Assembly: GCA_045652135.1 (NCBI GenBank)
Contig: JAZRTS010000055.1
Span: 7,881-71,880, forward strand
DNA length: 64,000 nt
From: Eubacteriales bacterium
Lineage (GTDB): Bacteria; Bacillota; Clostridia; Oscillospirales; CAG-272
Direction: 5' to 3'
How positions within the stretch are numbered: position 1 is the stretch's first letter; each line of letters begins with the position of its first letter. This document shows positions 57,093 through 64,000 of this stretch, piece after piece. A model generated the notes under the pieces. That model made no database searches. It was not told the origin of the DNA and worked only from the letters and a program-made list of their open reading frames with translations. The translations under genes were made by a program, and so were the position numbers.

Positions 57093-58263
57093 TCTCGGTA
57101 ATTTCGGAAGTACCGGACGTATTGCAAAAGGCATCGTTGAGATTTCAAGAAAAGAAGGGTATGATACGTATTTTGCATATCCCGATAATCTTTTTAACGT
57201 GCCTGCGCAAAGCGGTGATATAAGGATCTCATCTGACATCGTGCGAAGAATAAATGAAAGAGCATCCTATTACACCGGTTATATAGGATGCTTTTCGTTT
57301 TTTACAACGTGGCGTCTTATAAAAAAGATGAAAAAGATAAAGCCTGATATACTCCATCTTCACAATATACACAATTCTTATGTAAACCATTCAATGCTGT
57401 TTCGGTATATAAAAAAGCACAATATAAGAACGGTGTGGACACTTCACGATTGCTGGGCTTTTACGGGGCAGTGCCCGTATTTTACACTTGAAGGGTGTGA
57501 AAAATGGAAGGACGGCTGCTGCGCTTGTTCATTGTATAAGCAATATCCCGCCGCTTGCTATGACAATACAGAAAAAATGTGGAAGCTTAAAAAGAAATGG
57601 TTCACGGGTGTTACAAATATGACGCTTGTGACACCGTCTTTGTGGCTGTCAGCGCTTGTGAAGCAGTCGTTTTTAAAGGAATATCCCGTCCGTGTTATCA
57701 ACAACGGAATAGACCTTTCCGCGTTTAAGCCGACAGAAAGCGATTTTCGTAAAAAATACGGTCTGGAAGACAAGTTCGTTATACTTGGCATAGCATTTGA
57801 TTGGGGCATAAGAAAAGGTTTTGATGTGTTTTTGAAGCTTGCAAGTATGCTCGGTGATGAATTTGCAATAGTTCTTGTGGGAACTACAGACGAGATAGAT
57901 AAGCAGTTACCTGACAATATCGTATCTATTCACAGAACGGCGGATCAAAAAGAGCTTGCGGAAATATATACCGCGTGCGATGTGTTTGTTAATCCCACGA
58001 GGGAAGATAATTTTCCGACGGTAAACATCGAATCTCTTGCCTGTGGAACGCCTGTCATTACGTTCAATACGGGCGGAAGCGTTGAAATACCCGATGAAAC
58101 GTGCGGCGCTGTCGTTGAATGTGAAGACGTGGACGGATTGCTTAACAAAATACACGAATTCAAGGCTGAACCTAAATCTGAAGAAAATTGCCTTTTAAGG
58201 GCACAAATATTTGATAAAAATCTGAATTATGAAAAATATATCGCATTATATAAGGAATTATAA
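57070..58263 (+). CDS. family 4 (GT-B) glycosyltransferase
   Basis: 'REDNFPTVNIESLACGTPVI' motif. Confidence 0.87.
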   Translation: MPKIVSLNLGNFGSTGRIAKGIVEISRKEGYDTYFAYPDNLFNVPAQSGDIRISSDIVRRINERASYYTGYIGCFSFFTTWRLIKKMKKIKPDILHLHNIHNSYVNHSMLFRYIKKHNIRTVWTLHDCWAFTGQCPYFTLEGCEKWKDGCCACSLYKQYPAACYDNTEKMWKLKKKWFTGVTNMTLVTPSLWLSALVKQSFLKEYPVRVINNGIDLSAFKPTESDFRKKYGLEDKFVILGIAFDWGIRKGFDVFLKLASMLGDEFAIVLVGTTDEIDKQLPDNIVSIHRTADQKELAEIYTACDVFVNPTREDNFPTVNIESLACGTPVITFNTGGSVEIPDETCGAVVECEDVDGLLNKIHEFKAEPKSEENCLLRAQIFDKNLNYEKYIALYKEL

Positions 58264-58285
58264 ATTTACAAAGGAGATATGGTGA

Positions 58286-59596
58286 ATGGGCAATAACCGA
58301 TTTTTACAAAACGCCTCTTGGCTGATGATCGGCCAGGTGTTACGACTTATTTTGTCATTCTTTGTCGGTATAATAACCGCCCGTTTCCTCGGAACTACAA
58401 ATCTTGGCACGATAGATTACGTTGCATCCTATATTGCTTTTTTTACAGCATTGATAGGCTTCGGACTTAACGGTATTGTCGTTCACGAATTTGTAAATCA
58501 CAGCGATTCGGAAGGAAAGATACTCGGTACGGCTATCTTTATGCGATTCGTCGTGGGACTTATATCTGTTCCGGCTTTTCTTGTAATCGTTTTTGCTGTA
58601 GACGGATATGATAAAACTATAATGACCGTTGCGCTTATGCAGTCATTACAGCTTCCGTTTCTCTGCTTTGATACCATAAATTATTGGTATCAATATAAAT
58701 CAAAATCAAAATATGTAGTTGTGATACAGACTGTTGCATATATTGCAAGCGCTTTGTACAAGATCTTTTTGCTGATCATGGAAAAAAGCGTTGGTTGGTT
58801 TGCTCTTGCTGTATCAATAGACTATATTTTGCTTGGCTTGCTTTATATGTTCATTTATAATAAGCATAGGGAACAAAAGCTCGGGCTTTCACTTGAAATT
58901 GCAAAAAGAATTCTGAAAAACTGTGTTCCGTTCGTACTTTCGGAACTTATGGTCGTTGTATCCTTGCAAAGTGACCGAATACTGATAAAGCATCTGCTTG
59001 ATAATACAACGGACAATGTAGGACTGTATGCCTCAGCGATGACAATATGTACAATGGTATCGTTTGTTCCGCTTGCTATTCTGGATTCGGCGCGTCCGTT
59101 TATTGCACGTGCAAAAGCAGAGGATGAACAGTTGTATCAGGTTCGATTTTCTCAGCTTCTCTGTACGCTTATATGGATATTGTTTGCGTATTCCGCATTT
59201 GTAAGCATCTTTGCAAAGCTTATTGTCTACATAATGTACGGAACAGAGTTTATGAGTGCTGTTAATTGCTTGAGAATAGCTGTCTGGTATAGTGCTTTTT
59301 CATATCTCGGTGGTGCGCTCAGCTTCTGGTTTGTGTGTGAAAAGAAGAAAGGATACGTATTCCTTTTCTCGGTTCTCGGTGCTGTGTTCAGTGTTGCACT
59401 CAATTTTATATTCATTCCATTGTGGGGAATAAACGGTGCGGCATTTACCATGGTTATGACACAGATATTCAAAAATGTTGTCCTTCCGTTATTGTTCAAG
59501 GAAACGAGAGGATTTACAAAATGCACGATAAACGGAATTTTGTTTAAGCACGTTGCATTGAAAGATATTCTCGGATTGTTTTCGAAAAAGAAATAA
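58286..59596 (+). CDS. wzx: MOP-family oligosaccharide flippase (Wzx)
   Basis: 436 aa, polytopic, with a 'polysaccharide biosynthesis protein'-type N-terminus. Confidence 0.82.
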   Translation: MGNNRFLQNASWLMIGQVLRLILSFFVGIITARFLGTTNLGTIDYVASYIAFFTALIGFGLNGIVVHEFVNHSDSEGKILGTAIFMRFVVGLISVPAFLVIVFAVDGYDKTIMTVALMQSLQLPFLCFDTINYWYQYKSKSKYVVVIQTVAYIASALYKIFLLIMEKSVGWFALAVSIDYILLGLLYMFIYNKHREQKLGLSLEIAKRILKNCVPFVLSELMVVVSLQSDRILIKHLLDNTTDNVGLYASAMTICTMVSFVPLAILDSARPFIARAKAEDEQLYQVRFSQLLCTLIWILFAYSAFVSIFAKLIVYIMYGTEFMSAVNCLRIAVWYSAFSYLGGALSFWFVCEKKKGYVFLFSVLGAVFSVALNFIFIPLWGINGAAFTMVMTQIFKNVVLPLLFKETRGFTKCTINGILFKHVALKDILGLFSKKK

Positions 59597-59641
59597 GCAG
59601 TATTTATAGAAGAATAATTTATATATAGGCAGGAAATATTA

Positions 59642-60691
59642 ATGAGTGATTTTACAGGAAAAACATTACTTATCACGGGTGGAACAGGGTCATTCGGAAA
59701 CGCTGTTCTTAACCGTTTTCTGAAAACGGATATCAAGGAGATACGCATTTTTTCACGTGATGAAAAAAAACAGGATGATATGCGTCATGAATTTCAGGCT
59801 TCTATGCCCGAAATCGCAGAAAAAATAAAGTTTTATATAGGCGACGTAAGAGACCTGCAAAGCATCAAAAACGCAATGTACGGCGTTGACTATGTGTTCC
59901 ACGCGGCAGCACTGAAGCAGGTTCCTTCATGCGAATTTTTCCCGGTTGAAGCCGTAAAGACGAACGTTCTCGGAACGGACAATGTGCTCAGCGCGGCAAT
60001 TGAAGCGGGTGTGAAGTCCGTAATTTGTCTTTCGACAGATAAGGCGGCATATCCTGTAAATGCAATGGGAACAAGTAAAGCGATGATGGAAAAGGTCGTC
60101 GTTGCAAAATCGCGTACAGTTTCTTCGGATAAGATGAAGATCTGTTGCACAAGATACGGAAACGTTATGTGTAGCAGAGGCTCGGTAATACCTTTGTGGA
60201 TAGAACAGATAAAGGCAGGCAAGCCCATAACCATAACAGAACCGTCGATGACGCGTTTTATAATGTCACTTGACGAGGCAGTTGACCTTGTACTTTTCGC
60301 TTTCAACAACGGTGAAAACGGTGATATTTTTGTGCAGAAAGCTCCTGCATGTACGATAGAGGTGCTTGCTGAAGCGGTTAAAGACCTGTTTGCTCCCGAA
60401 ACGGAGATAAAGGTCATCGGTATAAGACACGGTGAAAAAATGTACGAAACGCTGCTTACGAACGAGGAATGTGCGCACGCGATAGACCTCGGTGATTTCT
60501 ACCGAGTTCCTGCAGATAAGCGTACACTTAATTACGACAAATATATAAACAGCGGAAATGCCGACAGAAAACATCTGACGGAGTTCAACTCAAACAATAC
60601 GGACTTGCTCGACAAGGAGCAGGTGAAAGAAAAACTTCTCGCACTTTCCTATATCAGAGAGGAATTGGCAAAGAGAAAGGAAAATAAATGA
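59642..60691 (+). CDS. capE: UDP-N-acetylglucosamine 4,6-dehydratase/5-epimerase (CapE/FnlA type)
   Basis: 'ITGGTGSFG' and 'STDKAAYPVNAMGTSK', with Met in place of the SDR Tyr as in CapE/FnlA. Confidence 0.87.
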   Translation: MSDFTGKTLLITGGTGSFGNAVLNRFLKTDIKEIRIFSRDEKKQDDMRHEFQASMPEIAEKIKFYIGDVRDLQSIKNAMYGVDYVFHAAALKQVPSCEFFPVEAVKTNVLGTDNVLSAAIEAGVKSVICLSTDKAAYPVNAMGTSKAMMEKVVVAKSRTVSSDKMKICCTRYGNVMCSRGSVIPLWIEQIKAGKPITITEPSMTRFIMSLDEAVDLVLFAFNNGENGDIFVQKAPACTIEVLAEAVKDLFAPETEIKVIGIRHGEKMYETLLTNEECAHAIDLGDFYRVPADKRTLNYDKYINSGNADRKHLTEFNSNNTDLLDKEQVKEKLLALSYIREELAKRKENK

Positions 60692-61890
60692 ACGTACAGT
60701 ATGAGGGTATACTGAAGCTTGTCAAGTCTGCTCTCGTGAATGAATGCTGTATGCCTGACGAAGGCTTCGTCCTTGCAGATGCTTTGGAAAACGTGAAGCT
60801 GCATCATTTGACGAGCCTTGTGTATAACGGCGCTCTTATCTGCGGATACGATGACAAATCACCTGAAATGACAAAGCTTATGTCGTGGTACATAAAGCGG
60901 CTTATTCAAAGCGAAAATCAGATGTATGAGGTTTCGTGTATACTTGATGCATTTGAAAAAGACGGCATTGACTGTATGCCGCTTAAAGGAACGCTTCTCA
61001 AAGAGCTGTATCCGAAGCAGGATATGCGTGAAATGAGTGATTCGGATATACTTGTAAAGGAATCTCAATATACGGATATCAAACGTGTGATGGATAGCTT
61101 CGGGTTTGATTTTTCGGAAGAAAGCGACCATGAGTATATCTTCAAAAAGGGAACTGTAAGTATAGAATTTCACAAAAGGCTCGTCCCTTCATATAACAAA
61201 GATCTGTACGCTTATTATGAAAACGTATGGCAGTTGGCTCATAAGAGAAAAGATAAAGAACATATCTATGAAATGTCCGCTGAAGATAACTATATTTACA
61301 ATTTTGCTCATATGGCAAAACACTATCGTGACGGCGGTGTGGGGATAAAGCATTTTACAGATCTTTGGCTTGTCAGAAAAAAAACGAAGCTGCTCGATGA
61401 AGACTACATAATAAATGAATTTAAAAAGATGGGACTTGATGGTTTTTACACAAACGTTCTTCGGGTTATCGGTACTTGGTTTGACGGCGAAAGCGGTGAT
61501 GAAAAGACTGATTATATAACGGAAAACGTGTTTTCCGGCGGCGCGTACGGTTCGTGGCAAAAGTCACAGATCGCACTTCAGACGCTAACTGATGAAAACA
61601 GCTCTTTGTCAAAGGACAGTTATTTCTCGCGTTTATGGGCAAAGCTGTTTCCGGATTATAAAAGTATGTGCTATTCATACCCTGTGCTTGAAAAGTATCC
61701 GTTGCTTCTTCCGATTATTTGGGTAAGACGGGCATTTTCATTTATTTTCTTTCCGTCGAAAAGAAAACAGATGAAGGAAACAATGGAACTTATTTCCCCT
61801 AAAACGATAAACTCATATGAAATGTCGCTTAAATACGTTGGACTTGATCTTGATGCGCGAAATAAAATAAAAAACGGTGATTTAAAATGA
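60688..61890 (+). CDS. uncharacterised nucleotidyltransferase (NTP_transf_5-like)
   Basis: 'MPLKGTLLKELYPKQDMREMSDSDILV' fits the KG..Y..R..D.D.LV pattern. ATGA overlaps at both ends. Confidence 0.72.
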   Translation: MNVQYEGILKLVKSALVNECCMPDEGFVLADALENVKLHHLTSLVYNGALICGYDDKSPEMTKLMSWYIKRLIQSENQMYEVSCILDAFEKDGIDCMPLKGTLLKELYPKQDMREMSDSDILVKESQYTDIKRVMDSFGFDFSEESDHEYIFKKGTVSIEFHKRLVPSYNKDLYAYYENVWQLAHKRKDKEHIYEMSAEDNYIYNFAHMAKHYRDGGVGIKHFTDLWLVRKKTKLLDEDYIINEFKKMGLDGFYTNVLRVIGTWFDGESGDEKTDYITENVFSGGAYGSWQKSQIALQTLTDENSSLSKDSYFSRLWAKLFPDYKSMCYSYPVLEKYPLLLPIIWVRRAFSFIFFPSKRKQMKETMELISPKTINSYEMSLKYVGLDLDARNKIKNGDLK

Positions 61891-63104
61891 AAATACTTGT
61901 AACGGGCTCCGACGGTTTTGTCGGAAAAAATCTTGTATGTGCTTTACGCAACATAAAAGACGGAAAAGACAGAACACATCCGGATTTAAAGATCGATGAG
62001 ATATTCGGATACGATATTTCTTCAAGTAAAGAAGAACTTAATGAATACTGTAAAAATGCGGATTTTGTTTTCCATTTTGCAGGTGTGAACAGACCGCAGA
62101 ATACCGATGAATTTATGGCAGGCAACTGCAAGTTTGCAGAGGCGGTGCTCGATAACCTCGCTGAATACGGTAATAAATGTCCGATAGTCTACGCAAGCTC
62201 GATTCAAGCAACTCTTGTCGGCAGATACGCAGACGGAGAATATGGAAAAAGTAAAAAAGCAGGCGAGGATCTCTTGTTTTCGTATTCAGAAAAGACGAAT
62301 TCGCCCGTGTATGTTTACAGATTTCCCAACCTGTTCGGAAAGTGGTGCCGTCCAAATTACAATTCTGCCGTTGCAACTTTTTGCTATAACACCGCAAATG
62401 ATCTGCCGATAACGGTGAACGACAGACAAACGGTGCTTGAGCTTTTGTATGTTGACGACCTCGTTGCGGCAATGATTGCCACTCTTGAAGGTAAGGTTGA
62501 AAGGTGTGAATTTGACGGTATAAACACCGTTTTTACACCGAGAGGTAAATTTTGCACAGTGCCGTGCTCGCACAAGGTCACACTCGGTGAAATTGCTGAT
62601 CTGCTTGAAAAGTTTAAGTTGCAATCTACAACACTTGTAATGCCGGAAATTCCCGACGGAAGTTTTGAAAAAAAGCTTTATTCAACGTACCTTTCATATC
62701 TTCCGAAAGAAAAAGTAAGCTTTCCGCTGAAAATGAACACGGATGCAAGGGGAAGCTTTACTGAACTTTTAAAGACTGAAAAATGCGGACAGTTCAGTGT
62801 TAATATATCAAATCCCGGCATAACAAAGGGAGAGCATTGGCATAATACGAAATGGGAATTTTTCATCGTTGTTTCAGGTCACGGTCTGATAAGACAAAGA
62901 CGTGTAGGTGATGGTGAGATACTTGATTTTGAGGTCAGCGGCGATAAGATCGAGGCAATACACATGCTCCCCGGTTATACACATAACATCATAAATCTTT
63001 CGCAGACGGAGCCCCTTATAACTCTTATGTGGGCAAACGAGCAATTCGATCCAATGAAACCGGATACGTTTTTTGAACTTGTAGACAATACGGAGGAGAA
63101 GTAA
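61887..63104 (+). CDS. capF: CapF/FnlB-type reductase (SDR N-domain plus cupin C-domain)
   Basis: 'VTGSDGFVGKN' Rossmann motif and C-terminal 'GEHWHNTKWE' cupin motif. Confidence 0.85.
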   Translation: MKILVTGSDGFVGKNLVCALRNIKDGKDRTHPDLKIDEIFGYDISSSKEELNEYCKNADFVFHFAGVNRPQNTDEFMAGNCKFAEAVLDNLAEYGNKCPIVYASSIQATLVGRYADGEYGKSKKAGEDLLFSYSEKTNSPVYVYRFPNLFGKWCRPNYNSAVATFCYNTANDLPITVNDRQTVLELLYVDDLVAAMIATLEGKVERCEFDGINTVFTPRGKFCTVPCSHKVTLGEIADLLEKFKLQSTTLVMPEIPDGSFEKKLYSTYLSYLPKEKVSFPLKMNTDARGSFTELLKTEKCGQFSVNISNPGITKGEHWHNTKWEFFIVVSGHGLIRQRRVGDGEILDFEVSGDKIEAIHMLPGYTHNIINLSQTEPLITLMWANEQFDPMKPDTFFELVDNTEEK

Positions 63105-63105
63105 T

Positions 63106-64000
63106 ATGAATTTTGATTACTCTGATATAAACTTCAAACATAACGGCAAGCTGAAGCTTCTGATAATCGTCGGAACAAGACCCGAAATAATACGTCTTTC
63201 GTCTGTTATAACTAAATGCCGTAAGTATTTCGACTGTATACTTGCGCACACGGGGCAGAACTACGATTACAATCTCAACGGCATTTTCTTCAAAGACCTT
63301 GATATTGACCAGCCCGAGGTGTATATGGACGCTGTTGGTGACGACCTCGGCGCGACGGTCGGAAACATTATCAACGCTTCCTACAAGCTTATGGCTCAAA
63401 CTCACCCCGATGCGCTTCTGATACTCGGTGACACTAACAGCTGTCTTTCTGCCATTTCCGCAAAGCGTCTGCATATACCGATATTCCACATGGAAGCAGG
63501 TAACAGATGTAAAGATGAATGTCTTCCCGAAGAAACGAACCGCCGTATCGTCGATATAATTTCAGACGTAAATCTTGCGTATTCGGAGCATGCAAGAAAA
63601 TATCTTCACGAATGTGGTCTGCCTAAGGAAAGAACGTATGTTACGGGCTCGCCTATGGCTGAGGTGCTCCATAAGAATATAGATAAAATAAACGCATCGG
63701 ATATACTTGAAAGACTCAATTTGCAGCCTCGTAAATATATCTTACTTTCAGCTCACAGAGAGGAAAATATTGATACGGAAAAGAATTTCAGATCACTCTT
63801 TTCCGCAATAAATAAAATGGCTGAAAAGTATGATATGCCCGTGCTTTACTCCTGCCATCCGAGAAGTAAAAAGCGTCTTGACGCGGCGCATTTTCCGCTT
63901 GACAGAAGGGTAATAATGCATGAGCCTATGGGCTTCTGCGACTACAACAAGCTTCAGATGAACGCCTTTGCGGTTGTGTCTGACAGCGGAACGCTTCCGG
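63106..64000 (+). CDS. capG: UDP-N-acetylglucosamine 2-epimerase (CapG/FnlC type), 3'-truncated by the window edge
   Basis: Own translation: 'MNFDYSDINFKHNGKLKLLIIVGTRPEIIRL...HMEAGNRC'. Starts 1 nt after the capF stop, with no stop before the window end. Confidence 0.87.
   Translation, partial: MNFDYSDINFKHNGKLKLLIIVGTRPEIIRLSSVITKCRKYFDCILAHTGQNYDYNLNGIFFKDLDIDQPEVYMDAVGDDLGATVGNIINASYKLMAQTHPDALLILGDTNSCLSAISAKRLHIPIFHMEAGNRCKDECLPEETNRRIVDIISDVNLAYSEHARKYLHECGLPKERTYVTGSPMAEVLHKNIDKINASDILERLNLQPRKYILLSAHREENIDTEKNFRSLFSAINKMAEKYDMPVLYSCHPRSKKRLDAAHFPLDRRVIMHEPMGFCDYNKLQMNAFAVVSDSGTLP

Noticed and set aside
1-64000. Scan for CRISPR arrays, IS elements or transposases, integrases, prophage genes, toxin-antitoxin pairs and known defence genes.
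   Set aside because: No regularly spaced direct repeats with unique spacers were seen. No transposase, recombinase or phage-like ORFs and no recognisable defence domains appeared in any frame of the ORF track.

Overview
This looks like a chromosomal segment of an anaerobic, spore-forming Firmicute. Clostridia, possibly Oscillospiraceae/Ruminococcaceae-like, is an inference from gene content and AT-rich intergenic DNA only. The window is densely coding and mostly core housekeeping. It holds rpe, pgk-tpiA, pcrA, a four-subunit 2-oxoacid:ferredoxin oxidoreductase joined to ispD-ispF, cdaA-cdaR, recJ-relA-dtd-hemZ, a nucleoside/MTA salvage block, a MurJ/SpoVB-like flippase with mazG, psd, aroF-pheA, one tRNA-Lys(UUU) and clpC. 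Two glycan loci are present. The first is a block of five glycosyltransferases fused behind mazG (30.1-34.9 kb). The second is a Wzx/Wzy-type locus with a capE/F/G (fnlABC)-like UDP-L-FucNAc module that runs off the right edge (52.0->64.0 kb). I saw no transposase, integrase, CRISPR array, prophage or recognisable defence genes, and no complete new multi-gene system. The best leads are: (1) a 29-codon Phe/Tyr-rich leader ORF with mutually exclusive terminator/antiterminator pairings upstream of aroF-pheA; (2) a heptamer-plus-palindrome array enclosed by a 12-bp inverted repeat just downstream of tRNA-Lys; (3) a psd operon whose partners are an Aur1/SMS-like PAP2 protein and an MprF-TM-like protein rather than PssA; (4) an orphan methyl-THF:corrinoid methyltransferase-like gene between a PNP and MtaD; (5) an uncharacterised nucleotidyltransferase coupled by ATGA overlaps between capE and capF; (6) a large exported protein starting 1 nt after tpiA. 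All family assignments come from motif recognition by eye, and no searches were run.
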